NCBI GenBank assembly: GCA_965243395.1
Contig: CBDEUS010000001.1
Coordinates: forward strand, 352,001 to 416,000
DNA length: 64,000 bases
Source of the DNA: Gammaproteobacteria bacterium
Lineage (GTDB): Bacteria > Pseudomonadota > Gammaproteobacteria > UBA4575
Direction: 5' to 3'
Positions within the stretch are counted from its first letter, which is position 1; every line of letters starts with the position of its first letter. Under the pieces are notes generated by a model, which was given only the letters and a program-made list of their open reading frames with translations, was not told the DNA's origin and did no database searches. Of this stretch, positions 10,159-21,856 are shown in pieces. The position numbers were made by a program, and so were the translations under genes.

Positions 10159-10518
10159 ATGCCAAGAGCAAAAAGATCAGTAGTCGCTCATGCGAAACAT
10201 AAGAAAGTACGTGCCAAAGCTAAAGGCTATTATGGTGCGCGTCGAAATGTTTATCGAGTAGCGAAACAAGCGGTCATTAAAGCAGGCCAGTATGCCTATC
10301 GCGATCGCCGACAAAAGAAACGTCAATTTCGTTCACTTTGGATCGTACGTATTAATGCTGCTGCAAGGCAGTTTGGGTTATCGTATAGCAGAATGATTGA
10401 TGGTTTGAATAAAGCATCTGTAGAAATCGATCGCAAAGTGTTGGCAGATCTTGCGGTTAATGATATTGATACTTTTGGTAAGTTAGCAGAAACCGCCAAG
10501 GCCAATTTAGCCAGTTGA
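10159..10518 (+). CDS. rplT: 50S ribosomal protein L20
   Basis: [32 protein letters not shown]. Confidence 0.98.
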   Translation: MPRAKRSVVAHAKHKKVRAKAKGYYGARRNVYRVAKQAVIKAGQYAYRDRRQKKRQFRSLWIVRINAAARQFGLSYSRMIDGLNKASVEIDRKVLADLAVNDIDTFGKLAETAKANLAS

Positions 10519-10554
10519 TATCTAAGCTATATAAACAGCGTTATAGTTTTTAGT

Positions 10555-10586
10555 AAAAGGGAAAGGCTAATGCCTTTCCCTTTTTT
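10555..10586 (+). terminator. Rho-independent terminator after rplT
   Basis: AAAAGGGAAAGGC-TAAT-GCCTTTCCC-TTTTTT. Confidence 0.85.
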
Positions 10587-10603
10587 ATTTAAAGAGTTGA
10601 TAA

Positions 10604-11611
<1,008 letters not shown>

Positions 11612-11632
11612 TGCAAAGATCAGGATGTACTC

Positions 11633-14017
11633 ATGCGTGTAAGTGAAAATTGGCTACGTGAATGGATAAACCCCTCCGTGGATACGCAACAGTTGGCCGA
11701 CCTGCTGACGATGGCGGGCTTGGAAGTGGATGGTGTTGAGCCTGCGGCAGGGAAATTTTCAGGTGTAGTGGTAGCTAAGGTGTTGGAAGTTGAAGCTCAT
11801 CCAGATGCCAAGAAGTTGCAAGTTTGTAAAGTGGACGATGGTAAAGGTGAAATCAGTAATGTGATTTGCGGGGCTAGCAATGTGCGTAAAGATCTTAAAG
11901 TTGCGTTTGCCAAAGTGGGTGCAACTTTGCCGGGTAATTTCAAAATTGAAGCGAAAGAGCTCCGTGGTGTTGAATCGTTTGGTATGTTGTGTTCGGCAAG
12001 CGAGCTGGGTTTGACTGAAAGTTCTGATGGAATTATGGAATTGTCTGATGATTTGGAACTGGGAACGGATGTTTATAAAAATTTTGCGTTAGATGATCAG
12101 ATTATAGATATTGATTTAACTCCTAATCGTTCAGATTGTTTAAGTATGCAAGGAGTTGCTCGAGAAGTTTCTGCGTTACTCGATCAATCTTTAGAAAATG
12201 ATTTTAAGGTTGGTAAAGTAAAAAATTCTATTGATTCAACTTTTCCAGTTTCAATACATGCAGCTGATGCATGTCCTCGATATGTAGGTAGAGTAATCGA
12301 AGGTGTTTCAGGAACTGTGCAGAGTCCTTTATGGATGCAAGAGAAATTACGACGTGCAGGTGTGCGTGCCATTAATGCCATCACTGATATCACAAATTTT
12401 GTAATGCTGGAAATTGGTCAGCCTATGCATGCGTTTGATATGGATACATTAAATGCTGGAATCGATATTAGAATGGCTAAGTCATCAGAGAAACTTGAGC
12501 TATTGGACGGGCAAGAAATTGAGTTGAGTGATGATGAGCTGGTTATAGCTGATGCTAAACAGCCGATTGCGTTAGCAGGAATAATGGGCGGGCTGGCAAC
12601 CGCTATTCAAGCCGATACTAAGAATATATTTTTAGAAAGCGCGCACTTCAAACCTGAAGTGATTGCAGGTAAGGCGAGAAGACGCGGGTTGCATACTGAT
12701 TCATCACATCGTTTTGAACGTGGTGTTGATCCTGATCTTGCATCGAAAGCAATAGAGAGAGCTACACAACTCATTCTAGAAATTGTTGGCGGGAAAGTAG
12801 GCCCCATTATTTGTGAAGAACCTGCTTCACTATCTAAACCTTCTCAAATAACTTTATTACATTCAAAAGTTGAATCTTTGTTAGGAATAACTATATCCAT
12901 CCAAGAAGTACAAAAGCTTTTACAACGATTGAATTGTGAAGTTGATGTTAAAGATGAGAGTCTAGTAGTTGTACCACCCAGCTATCGATTTGATTTAGCT
13001 CTGGACGTGGATTTAATTGAAGAAGTAGCACGTTTAGTGGGCTATAAAAACATACCTGCTGATGTTAAGGCTCTGGCTGTAAATACTACATCCGCAAATA
13101 ATGATAAAAGCCAATTGAAAATGCTGAAAGAAGCGCTCGTGCTTCGAGATTATCATGAGGTCATCACCTTTAGCTTTGTAGATCAAGAAATTGATGAATT
13201 ATTGAATCCACAACATGTGGGTAAGAGGCTCGCCAACCCAATCTCAAACGATTTAGCCGTGATGCGTGGCAGTATCTGGCCAGGGTTGATTAAGGCCGCG
13301 CAGTATAATTTGAATCGCCAGCAAAGCCGCATCAGGATGTTTGAGCAAGGCCTGCAGTTTATAAACACAGCAGAGGGTTTGCAGCAAAATCCATGTCTGG
13401 CGGGCTTGATTATAGGTGATTCTGACCCTGAACAATGGGGTGCATCCAGCCATGAAATAGACTTTTATGATTTAAAAGGTGATGTGGAGCAATTATTAAA
13501 AATTTCTGCAGTGTGTGAAAGTCAAATTAAATTTGTGCGTAGTGATGATGCATCGATGCATCCCGGGCAGTCGGCAGAAATTAAATTAGGTAAAAAATTA
13601 GTGGGGCGACTTGGTAAATTACATCCACGAATACAATCTGCTTTAGGCATTGATGCGGGTGTTTATTTATTCGAATTACAATTGAATGAATTGTTAAGTC
13701 GAGTAGATGCAAATATATTCCAACCAATTTCAAAATACCCTGCGAATCGTCGGGATATCAACGTTATTGTTGATAAGTCTGTAAGTGTTGCAGAGATTCG
13801 TTCAAACATTGAGCAAATGCACATAACTAGTCTGCAAAACATTAAAGTGCTAAGCATATATCATGGGAAAGGCATTCCAGAAACAAAGAAAAGCGTCTCT
13901 TTAGGCTTGATTTTGCAAGAGTTTTCGCGCACCCTTACAGATAAAGAACTAGAACAAACAGTCTTATCAATTATTTCTCAACTTAAAAATAAAGTTGGAG
14001 CAGAAATAAGAAGCTAA
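11633..14017 (+). CDS. pheT: Phenylalanyl-tRNA synthetase beta subunit
   Basis: RGVESFGMLCS, DLTPNRSD, RFERGVD, DLIEEVAR, C-terminal FDX-ACB domain. Confidence 0.98.
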   Translation: MRVSENWLREWINPSVDTQQLADLLTMAGLEVDGVEPAAGKFSGVVVAKVLEVEAHPDAKKLQVCKVDDGKGEISNVICGASNVRKDLKVAFAKVGATLPGNFKIEAKELRGVESFGMLCSASELGLTESSDGIMELSDDLELGTDVYKNFALDDQIIDIDLTPNRSDCLSMQGVAREVSALLDQSLENDFKVGKVKNSIDSTFPVSIHAADACPRYVGRVIEGVSGTVQSPLWMQEKLRRAGVRAINAITDITNFVMLEIGQPMHAFDMDTLNAGIDIRMAKSSEKLELLDGQEIELSDDELVIADAKQPIALAGIMGGLATAIQADTKNIFLESAHFKPEVIAGKARRRGLHTDSSHRFERGVDPDLASKAIERATQLILEIVGGKVGPIICEEPASLSKPSQITLLHSKVESLLGITISIQEVQKLLQRLNCEVDVKDESLVVVPPSYRFDLALDVDLIEEVARLVGYKNIPADVKALAVNTTSANNDKSQLKMLKEALVLRDYHEVITFSFVDQEIDELLNPQHVGKRLANPISNDLAVMRGSIWPGLIKAAQYNLNRQQSRIRMFEQGLQFINTAEGLQQNPCLAGLIIGDSDPEQWGASSHEIDFYDLKGDVEQLLKISAVCESQIKFVRSDDASMHPGQSAEIKLGKKLVGRLGKLHPRIQSALGIDAGVYLFELQLNELLSRVDANIFQPISKYPANRRDINVIVDKSVSVAEIRSNIEQMHITSLQNIKVLSIYHGKGIPETKKSVSLGLILQEFSRTLTDKELEQTVLSIISQLKNKVGAEIRS

Positions 14018-14023
14018 TAAAAA

Positions 14024-14326
14024 ATGGCGCTTACAAAAGCAGACATGGCAGAAAATTTGTTTGAGGAATTAGGCCTCAACAAACGTGAAGCAAAAGAACT
14101 CGTCGAAATATTTTTTGAAGAGGTTCGTGTCGCACTTGAAGAGGGACATGAAGTAAAGTTATCTGGGTTTGGTAATTTTATTCTGCGTGATAAAAATCAG
14201 CGCCCAGGGCGAAACCCAAAAACAGGTGAAGAGATTCCAATTTCTGCAAGGCGTGTTGTTACGTTCCGTCCAGGTCAGAAGTTAAAAGCAAGAGTAGAGG
14301 CATATGCTGGAAATCAACAACAATAA
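14024..14326 (+). CDS. ihfA: Integration host factor alpha
   Basis: [27 protein letters not shown]; follows pheT. Confidence 0.97.
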   Translation: MALTKADMAENLFEELGLNKREAKELVEIFFEEVRVALEEGHEVKLSGFGNFILRDKNQRPGRNPKTGEEIPISARRVVTFRPGQKLKARVEAYAGNQQQ

Positions 14327-14660
14327 CGAATTACCGGCAATTCCAGGTAAGCGTTATTTTACCATAGGGGAGGTAAGTGAATTATGTGGGGTCAAGCCTC
14401 ATGTACTTCGCTATTGGGAGCAGGAGTTCCCCTCACTTAAACCTGTCAAGCGACGAGGAAACCGGCGTTATTATCAGCGTCATGATGTGATTCTCATTCG
14501 CCAGATTCGAAGCCTCTTGTATGAGCAAGGCTATACGATTGGCGGTGCTCGGCAGAAGCTTTCTGGTTCGGATGCCAAAGAAGACCAAAATCAAAGCCAA
14601 CAAGTCGTACACCAAATGCGTGTAGAGCTTGAAGATTTGTTGCAAGTTTTAAAACGTTAA
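14304..14660 (+). CDS. MerR-family transcriptional regulator (conserved ihfA neighbour)
   Basis: [32 protein letters not shown]. Confidence 0.92.
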   Translation: MLEINNNNELPAIPGKRYFTIGEVSELCGVKPHVLRYWEQEFPSLKPVKRRGNRRYYQRHDVILIRQIRSLLYEQGYTIGGARQKLSGSDAKEDQNQSQQVVHQMRVELEDLLQVLKR

Positions 14661-14696
14661 GCGTCCGCTTTATAATCACTTTTCAAATTCTAATAT

Positions 14697-14773
<77 letters not shown>

Positions 14774-15006
14774 CCCATGCAACGGGCACTAGTCGAAAAT
14801 CAAGAATTGCGTATCCATTTCTTTAACAAATATTCCTGCTAATAGTCGGTCTCACGCTCGCACTTACCGGGTTTAGCTTCTATACTTGTAATCTACGTGA
14901 TTTCATGGATTCCCATAGAATTAGGCTTCCTTGTTCAAAAGTAGTTTTAAATAGGCAGCAATTTGCTATCTGTTATTGCTTGTTATTGGTAAATTATTAA
15001 GTACAT

Positions 15007-15852
15007 ATGTCCCCCACTATTCATTTTGACCTAGAACTCGCTTTAGTGATTGGTACGCTAATAACTGGAGGAGTGTGGTTACTGGATAAAGCGATCTTAG
15101 GGGATAAGCGCCGTAAACGAGCACTTGAAAAGTCTTACAATGCGGTGCATAGCCAAGAAGCTGTGGAGCATAGGAACAAGGATTATCGTGAACCTTGGTT
15201 TATTGATCTATGTAAATCTTTTTTTCCTATTTTATTAATTGTATTGATTCTAAGATCATTTGTTGCAGAACCTTTTCGTATTCCATCTGGTTCAATGATG
15301 CCTACTCTGTTGCATGGTGATTTTATTCTGGTAAATAAGTTTAGTTATGGTATTCGCCTGCCTGTTTGGCATACAAAAATTTTAGATGTTGGCGCACCAA
15401 ATCGTGGTGATGTTGCGGTTTTTCGTTTTCCTAGTAATCCAGCTGATGATTACATAAAAAGAGTCATTGGATTACCAGGTGATCACATCGCTTACAGGGA
15501 TAAAAAATTGTATATAAACGGGGAATTAGTCCCACAAGAAAAAAATGGTACATATTATGGTGAAGGTGCCAATAGTGTAATGAATGGAGCAACAATTTTG
15601 CGCGAGGACTTACAATCTCATCCACATGACATTTTATTAAAGAAAATTGGCTTTAGTGTTCCTGGTGAATTCACAGTTCCAAACAATCATTTTTTTGTAA
15701 TGGGCGATAATCGGGACCAAAGTAGTGATAGCCGTATCTGGGGATTTGTGCCTGAAGAAAATTTGGTGGGACGCGCTTTTTTAGTTTGGATGAATTGGGA
15801 TTTTGCAGGCAAAAAATTTAATTTCAAACGGATAGGCAAAAAAATTATCTAA
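15007..15852 (+). CDS. lepB: Signal peptidase I
   Basis: IPSGSMMPTL (catalytic Ser), YIKRVIGLPGD (catalytic Lys), GDNRDQSSDSR. Confidence 0.97.
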   Translation: MSPTIHFDLELALVIGTLITGGVWLLDKAILGDKRRKRALEKSYNAVHSQEAVEHRNKDYREPWFIDLCKSFFPILLIVLILRSFVAEPFRIPSGSMMPTLLHGDFILVNKFSYGIRLPVWHTKILDVGAPNRGDVAVFRFPSNPADDYIKRVIGLPGDHIAYRDKKLYINGELVPQEKNGTYYGEGANSVMNGATILREDLQSHPHDILLKKIGFSVPGEFTVPNNHFFVMGDNRDQSSDSRIWGFVPEENLVGRAFLVWMNWDFAGKKFNFKRIGKKII

Positions 15853-15867
15853 TATGAGGGTATTAAG

Positions 15868-16245
15868 ATGATTACTAAAAGTAAACAACATGGTGCAACA
15901 TTTGTATTCTGGGTCTTTTTTTCAGCATTAATAGGATTTTTGTTAATGCTGGTTATAAAATTATTCCCGGTTTACTACAAAGGATTTGCAACTGAAAAAA
16001 TTGTTGAGGATCTTGCATTCGAAATGAATGGCAAAACACCTAATAAAAAACAATTATGGGAATCGATTGATAAGCGTTTAAATGTAAATAGTATAAGTGG
16101 TGTCATGCGAGAACATTTTGTATACACCAGAAATAAAGATAGTATTGAATTTGGTTTGGACTACGAAGTACGTGTTCCCGTAGTTCTAAATTTGGATGCC
16201 GTTGCAAAATTTGACCAACGTCAAACGATCACAACAAAAAAATAA
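15868..16245 (+). CDS. DUF4845-like membrane protein (pilin-like N-terminus)
   Basis: KQHGAT plus hydrophobic helix, YEVRVP..NLD motif; usual lepB-rnc position. Confidence 0.75.
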   Translation: MITKSKQHGATFVFWVFFSALIGFLLMLVIKLFPVYYKGFATEKIVEDLAFEMNGKTPNKKQLWESIDKRLNVNSISGVMREHFVYTRNKDSIEFGLDYEVRVPVVLNLDAVAKFDQRQTITTKK

Positions 16246-16265
16246 GCTTATATAAAGATAGTACG

Positions 16266-16940
16266 TTGAGTCTAAGTAAGCTGCTGGGTGAAGAGCTATT
16301 AAGTTCTGAGTTTTGCCGTTTGGCATTAACACACCGAAGTGTCAGTAATAAAAATAATGAGCGCCTGGAGTTTTTGGGTGACTCTTTGTTGGGCTTTTTT
16401 ATAGCAAATTGGTTATTCAACCAATTTCCTGATTATCCAGAAGGTGACCTAACCCGTATCAGGGCACATTTAGTAAGAAAAGAGACTTTAGCCTTGATTG
16501 CGCGTGAATTTGATATTGGCGAACATCTCTCATTGGGCGCAGGAGAGTTAAAATCGGGAGGAATAAATCGGTCATCGATTTTAGCCGATGCTCTAGAAGC
16601 ATTAATCGGAGCAGTATATTTATCTGAAGGCTTTGAGTTTGCCTGTGACCTTATTGAAAAATTGTATGCAAACCGATTAGAGAACATCCCAACTGTTGAG
16701 CAATTAAAAGATGCGAAGACAAGAATTCAAGAACTACTGCAATCAAAAGGTGAGGCGTTGCCAACCTATACAGTGGTTGAAAAACATGGGAAATCAGGTA
16801 GCGAAACTTTTTCTGTGCAGTGTGAAATAGAAAATTGCGAAGAAATATTTATTGGTAAAGGCACAAGTCGCCGTAAAGCAGAGCAGATGGCTGCTGAACT
16901 CGCATATGAATATGTGTCTAGTCAGCTATATACAAAATGA
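16266..16940 (+). CDS. rnc: Ribonuclease III
   Basis: ALTHRS, NERLEFLGDS, C-terminal dsRBD. Confidence 0.97.
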   Translation: MSLSKLLGEELLSSEFCRLALTHRSVSNKNNERLEFLGDSLLGFFIANWLFNQFPDYPEGDLTRIRAHLVRKETLALIAREFDIGEHLSLGAGELKSGGINRSSILADALEALIGAVYLSEGFEFACDLIEKLYANRLENIPTVEQLKDAKTRIQELLQSKGEALPTYTVVEKHGKSGSETFSVQCEIENCEEIFIGKGTSRRKAEQMAAELAYEYVSSQLYTK

Positions 16941-17821
16941 GTAAAACCTACTGCGGATTTGTGGCAATAGTAGGTCGTGCTAATGTCGGTAAATCTACAT
17001 TGTTTAATGCTTTATTGGATCAGCGTTTATCAATTGCTACGCACAAACCACAAACTACAAGGCATAATATTCGTGGTGTACTCAGTCTCCAGGCGCATCA
17101 ATTAATTCTAGTTGACACTCCTGGAATACAACTTGGAAATAAACGATTAATCAATAAAGTTCTAATCAGCAATGCGTTATCTGCACTACAAGAGGTAGAT
17201 GCTATATTAATGGTTACCGAAATGCAGCGGTGGGACGATGAGGATGAATATTTATTAAAACAAGTGAAGCAAACCAAACGACCTGTGGTTTTAGCAATTA
17301 ACAAAATTGATCGTATTAAAGATAAATCTGCGTTGCTTCCAATTTTAAACGAAGCTAAGTCCCGTTATGAGTTTAATGATATTTTACCGATCTCAGCTTT
17401 ACATGATAAAAGCATGGATAGTTTGATTAATGTATTGTGTAAACATCTGCCTGAGTCAACGTATCTATTTCCCGAAGATACTACTTGGGATCGCGACGAT
17501 AACTTTGTGATATCTGAGATAGTAAGAGGTTCGGCTATTAAGCAATTACATAAAGAACTGCCGTATGCCATATATACAGAAGTTGAAAATGTGAAGTATG
17601 ATGATGATTTAGTTTCTATTAACGTAATTATTTGGGTGGAGAAAGACAGCCAGAAAGCCATTGTAATTGGCAAAAAAGGTTCAAAATTAAAAGCGATTGG
17701 AGAACAAGCTCGAATTCAGCTTGAACGTATATTTAGTAAAAAGGTTATGCTAAAAACATGGGTGAAGGTAAAACCGAATTGGCAAGATCAACAAGATATC
17801 GTCGCACAATTTGAGAATTAA
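16937..17821 (+). CDS. era: GTPase Era
   Basis: GRANVGKS, QTTR, DTPG, NKID, KH-domain VIGKKG. Confidence 0.97.
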   Translation: MSKTYCGFVAIVGRANVGKSTLFNALLDQRLSIATHKPQTTRHNIRGVLSLQAHQLILVDTPGIQLGNKRLINKVLISNALSALQEVDAILMVTEMQRWDDEDEYLLKQVKQTKRPVVLAINKIDRIKDKSALLPILNEAKSRYEFNDILPISALHDKSMDSLINVLCKHLPESTYLFPEDTTWDRDDNFVISEIVRGSAIKQLHKELPYAIYTEVENVKYDDDLVSINVIIWVEKDSQKAIVIGKKGSKLKAIGEQARIQLERIFSKKVMLKTWVKVKPNWQDQQDIVAQFEN

Positions 17822-17838
17822 CAATCGATAAAATTGCA

Positions 17839-18537
17839 ATGAGAGTACAGCTACAACAGGCGTATTGTATACATGCACGCCATTATCGCGAGTCGAGCCG
17901 AATTTTGGAATTGCTTACTCCGGAATATGGATTAATCTCATGCTTGGGTCACGGTTCGAAGAAAAAAAATGCGACTACAGACCTGCTATTTACACCTTTA
18001 TTGATATCCTGGAGTGGAAAAGGTGAGTTATTTACGCTTACGCATTTTGAATCTGTAACCAAGAAAGAAGTTACTTCTCCAGCCATTTGTATCATGGGGA
18101 TGTATTTAAATGAGTTAACGTTAAAGCTTGTTCCAAAATCTAGTCCAAGCAAAGAAATATTTGAACTTTATCAGAATATTCTTCGTTTGCTGGAAAACCA
18201 TAAAAATCAAGAAAAAGTGTTGCGCTTATTTGAAATAGAATTGCTTGAGATGGTAGGTCACGGTTTGTCCTTAGATAAAGAAATGGATCATGAGACACCT
18301 ATAAATGAAAATGCGGTTTACCGCTATGACGTTGGAATTGGTCCTACCAGAATCCAGCACGCCAATTCGGCGTGGAACGTGGTGAAAGGAGCTACTTTGC
18401 TCGCATTACAATCTCCTTTAAATATGGATGCTTTACATTTATCTGAGGCAAAACGACTTATGCGTGGTGTCATTAATTGGCATTTAAATAGTCGACCATT
18501 ACACAGCCGAGAAATTTTGCAATTTATGCAAGCATAA
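17839..18537 (+). CDS. recO: DNA repair protein RecO
   Basis: H.R.YRESS, YLNEL, LRLFE..LL; position after era. Confidence 0.93.
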   Translation: MRVQLQQAYCIHARHYRESSRILELLTPEYGLISCLGHGSKKKNATTDLLFTPLLISWSGKGELFTLTHFESVTKKEVTSPAICIMGMYLNELTLKLVPKSSPSKEIFELYQNILRLLENHKNQEKVLRLFEIELLEMVGHGLSLDKEMDHETPINENAVYRYDVGIGPTRIQHANSAWNVVKGATLLALQSPLNMDALHLSEAKRLMRGVINWHLNSRPLHSREILQFMQA

Positions 18538-18566
18538 ACGCTTTGGCGTCAATATAATTATAAGAA

Positions 18567-19298
18567 ATGGACAACCGAAAAGTTCGCTTGGGTGTAAACC
18601 TGGATCATGTGATGACGATACGCCAAGCAAGATTCACACCGTACCCAGATTTAAAACAAGCTATACAGTTGGCGGAACGCGCAGGTGCAGATGGTATTAC
18701 GATGCACTTACGCGAAGATCGTCGCCATATTCAGGATGACGATGTTTATTTAGCTAAGCAAGTAATCCAAAGCAGCATGAATCTAGAAATGGCTGCAACG
18801 GAAGAAATGCGTGATATCGCATTGAATGTGAAGCCAGAAAACTGTTGTATTGTGCCAGAACATCGCCAGGAGTTAACGACAGAAGGCGGTTTAGATGTCT
18901 TCAAACACAATGCGAGAATTAAAGAGATCACTTCAGCATTAAATGAAGCTAATATTAAAGTTTCATTATTTATTGAGCCTGATTTACAAGTGATTGATGC
19001 TTCAGCAGAGGCAGGTGCACCAGTTATTGAATTACATACAGGCACTTATGCTAGCTGTGTTGGTGAAAAGCAAAAATTGGAACTAAATAGAATAATAAAT
19101 GCCGTTAAACACGCAACGTCATTAGGCCTAGTTGTCAATGCGGGGCATGGTTTGCACTATGATAATGTCTCGCCCATAGCTAATATTGAAAATATGTATG
19201 AGTTAAATATTGGACACTCTATTGTTGCTTATGCCTTATTTGTTGGTTTAGAAACTGCTGTGCAGGAAATGCGTGAAAAAATGGCAACTGAAAATTAG
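18567..19298 (+). CDS. pdxJ: Pyridoxine 5'-phosphate synthase
   Basis: LGVNLDH, HLREDRRHI, ELTTEGG, NAGHGL, ELNIGH. Confidence 0.97.
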   Translation: MDNRKVRLGVNLDHVMTIRQARFTPYPDLKQAIQLAERAGADGITMHLREDRRHIQDDDVYLAKQVIQSSMNLEMAATEEMRDIALNVKPENCCIVPEHRQELTTEGGLDVFKHNARIKEITSALNEANIKVSLFIEPDLQVIDASAEAGAPVIELHTGTYASCVGEKQKLELNRIINAVKHATSLGLVVNAGHGLHYDNVSPIANIENMYELNIGHSIVAYALFVGLETAVQEMREKMATEN

Positions 19299-19315
19299 AT
19301 TTTAATTATTTGAAA

Positions 19316-19693
19316 ATGAAAATTATCGGCACTGGAATTGATATTGTTGAGATCTCTCGAATTGCAAAATCTTTTGAACGATATGAGAAAAATTTTGCAT
19401 CTAAAATTCTGCATGATGATGAAATGAATGAATTTGGTAATGATTCAAATAAAGTAGCCTTTTTAGCTAAGCGTTTTGCCGTAAAAGAAGCCTTTGTTAA
19501 GGCTTTGGGGACAGGTATACGGGATAATGTAAATTGGCGTAAGATGTATGTCATTCATGATGACAAAGGAAAACCGTCACTAGTATTCACGGATGAGTTT
19601 GCAAAAGAAATAAACGCGGAAAGCTTGGATGTGCATATTAGTATTTCAGATGAAAAAGAATATGTAGTTGCACAAGCGCTAATCACAAAATAA
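19316..19693 (+). CDS. acpS: Holo-ACP synthase
   Basis: IIGTGIDIVE, AKRFAVKEAFVKALGTG, ISISDE; ATG at 19316 preferred over TTG at 19310. Confidence 0.95.
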   Translation: MKIIGTGIDIVEISRIAKSFERYEKNFASKILHDDEMNEFGNDSNKVAFLAKRFAVKEAFVKALGTGIRDNVNWRKMYVIHDDKGKPSLVFTDEFAKEINAESLDVHISISDEKEYVVAQALITK

Positions 19694-19701
19694 AAAAACT
19701 A

Positions 19702-20595
19702 ATGAATAATTTTCCTACCATTGAAGAATTTGTTGGTAATACCCCTCTGGTGCGACTGCAACGGTTGCCAGGTAAAACTTCTAATATCATTTTAGGTAAA
19801 TTAGAAGGAAATAATCCAGCAGGTTCGGTAAAAGATCGACCCGCGCTTAGTATGATCGTTGAGGCAGAAAAACGTGGTGAAATTAAACCTGGCGATAGTT
19901 TAGTTGAAGCTACCAGTGGCAATACAGGTATTGCACTGGCCATGGTAGCTTCAATGAAAGGGTATAAATTAAAACTAATCATGCCTGAGAACATGAGCCA
20001 GGAACGTCGTGATGCCATGCAAGCCTTTGGTGCAGAACTTATTCTAGTTACAGAGGTAGAAGGAATGGAAGGTGCAAGAGATCTAGCATTAAAAATGCAA
20101 GCCGAAGGTAAAGGTAAAGTGTTAGATCAATTTGCCAATCCAGATAACCCTCTAGCGCATTACAACACTACAGGGCCAGAAATTTGGCGAGATACAGATG
20201 GAAAGATTACACACTTTGTAAGTTCAATGGGTACTACAGGCACAATAATGGGCACGTCTAAGTTCTTAAAGGAAGTAAACCCTGACATACAAATAGTGGG
20301 TGTAGAGCCTTCTGAAGGTTCGAAAATTCCCGGTATACGCAAATGGCCAGAAGAATACATTCCATCAATTTTTAATTCTGATGCGGTTGACCATGTTATC
20401 CAAGTCACACAAGCGGAAGCCGAAGACATGATGCGCAGACTTGGAAAAGAAGAAGGTATATTTTGCGGTGTGTCATCGGGTGGTGCGATGGCAGCGACTT
20501 TAAAAATTTCTGAGCAAGTTGAAAATGCAACAATCGTTAGTATTGTGTGTGATCGAGGGGATCGGTATTTGTCTACAGGGTTATTTGCACAATAA
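19702..20595 (+). CDS. cysM: Cysteine synthase B
   Basis: EGNNPAGSVKDR (PLP Lys), TSGNTG, GTTGT, IPGIRKW, DRGDRYLS. Confidence 0.95.
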   Translation: MNNFPTIEEFVGNTPLVRLQRLPGKTSNIILGKLEGNNPAGSVKDRPALSMIVEAEKRGEIKPGDSLVEATSGNTGIALAMVASMKGYKLKLIMPENMSQERRDAMQAFGAELILVTEVEGMEGARDLALKMQAEGKGKVLDQFANPDNPLAHYNTTGPEIWRDTDGKITHFVSSMGTTGTIMGTSKFLKEVNPDIQIVGVEPSEGSKIPGIRKWPEEYIPSIFNSDAVDHVIQVTQAEAEDMMRRLGKEEGIFCGVSSGGAMAATLKISEQVENATIVSIVCDRGDRYLSTGLFAQ

Positions 20596-20602
20596 TTAAC
20601 AC

Positions 20603-21373
20603 ATGAATGTACTTGTATTCGATATAGAAACGATTCCAGATATTGATTCAGGTAAGAAGATTTATGAACTAGAGGGTTTATCTGATAAGGATGTAATCAA
20701 AGCAATCGAGCATCTACGCAATCAACAAACAGGTAGTGAATTCATGCCCCATTACATGCAGAAAGTTGTGGCAATTTCTGCTGTATTGGCTGCAGGAAAT
20801 CAATTCAAAGTATGGTCTTTAGGTGATAAAGATTCCTCTGAAAAAGAATTGCTCGAACGTTTTTTTGCGGGTTTGGAAAAATATGATCCGACCATTGTTT
20901 CATGGAATGGTGGTGGGTTTGATTTGCCTGTTATTCATTATCGAGCACTTTTACACGGTGTTGAGGCACATCACTATTGGCAAGTAGGGGATGAAGATAC
21001 CAGTTTTCGTTATAACAATTATCTGGGCCGCTTTCATTGGCGGCATATCGATTTAATGGATGTGCTCGCGGGCTATCAAATGCGTGCTAACGCAAAATTA
21101 GATCACATTGCAACGATGCTGGGTTTTCCAGGTAAGTTAGGCATGGATGGAAGTAAAGTATGCGATGCTTATCTTGATGGGAAAATCGAAGATATTCGAA
21201 ATTATTGTGAAACGGATGTGTTAAATACTTATTTAGTATTTCTGCGTTTTGAGCTTATGCGTGGCAAACTCTATAAAAATGAATATGAAGAAAAATGCCA
21301 ACAAGTGAGGGATTATTTATCCGAATCAAATGAAGAGCATTTAAATAATTTTATGAATGCCTGGAGTTTTTAG
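20603..21373 (+). CDS. Predicted 3'-5' exonuclease (PolB exonuclease-like, DEDD)
   Basis: VFDIET, WNGGGFDLP, YCETD; common neighbour of cysM. Confidence 0.88.
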   Translation: MNVLVFDIETIPDIDSGKKIYELEGLSDKDVIKAIEHLRNQQTGSEFMPHYMQKVVAISAVLAAGNQFKVWSLGDKDSSEKELLERFFAGLEKYDPTIVSWNGGGFDLPVIHYRALLHGVEAHHYWQVGDEDTSFRYNNYLGRFHWRHIDLMDVLAGYQMRANAKLDHIATMLGFPGKLGMDGSKVCDAYLDGKIEDIRNYCETDVLNTYLVFLRFELMRGKLYKNEYEEKCQQVRDYLSESNEEHLNNFMNAWSF

Positions 21374-21374
21374 A

Positions 21375-21827
21375 ATGATTATGCAAATAACATGGCCAAA
21401 CATAATTTATCTTGTCTTAGCTTTTTTATTATCATTTCCATTGTATTCAGCAGAGCCTAATCTTTCCGATGAGGAAACTGCAAAAAGATTGCTTTTAAAT
21501 AAAACTTTGCACTGCAATTTCAAAGAGCTTTGGTACGATGGTCCAGAGTATATTCAAGTAAAAGAAATAAGTGGCAATCAATTTAAAGGTTTCTCTAAGT
21601 TTTGGTGTCACGCAAAAGGTGTTAATTACACGGGATCTCTATCAAAAAATGTCTTAAAGTTTGATCAGGAGGGTACCTCGGCACAAACCTGTTATTGTCG
21701 TAGTGGGTCAATAAAGTTTTATTATGAACAGGATAGTCTAAAAGCAGAAGGAAAGTATAAGGTAGGCTGTGGTGCAACTCCTGCTCACGGCACCATAAAA
21801 TGTAATGTTATCGATACACTTGAATGA
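21375..21827 (+). CDS. Hypothetical exported protein with 6 Cys
   Basis: Signal-like hydrophobic N-terminus (IIYLVLAFLLSFPLYSA); start at 21375 or 21381 more likely than 21357; no family recognised. Confidence 0.65.
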   Translation: MIMQITWPNIIYLVLAFLLSFPLYSAEPNLSDEETAKRLLLNKTLHCNFKELWYDGPEYIQVKEISGNQFKGFSKFWCHAKGVNYTGSLSKNVLKFDQEGTSAQTCYCRSGSIKFYYEQDSLKAEGKYKVGCGATPAHGTIKCNVIDTLE

Positions 21828-21856
21828 AAATTGAATCATTTTTAAATCGATTGACA

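Noticed and set aside
14774-15006. Small ORF or sRNA after tRNA-Pro
   Set aside because: Only very short frames (about 21 codons) without an RBS and weak AT-rich hairpins
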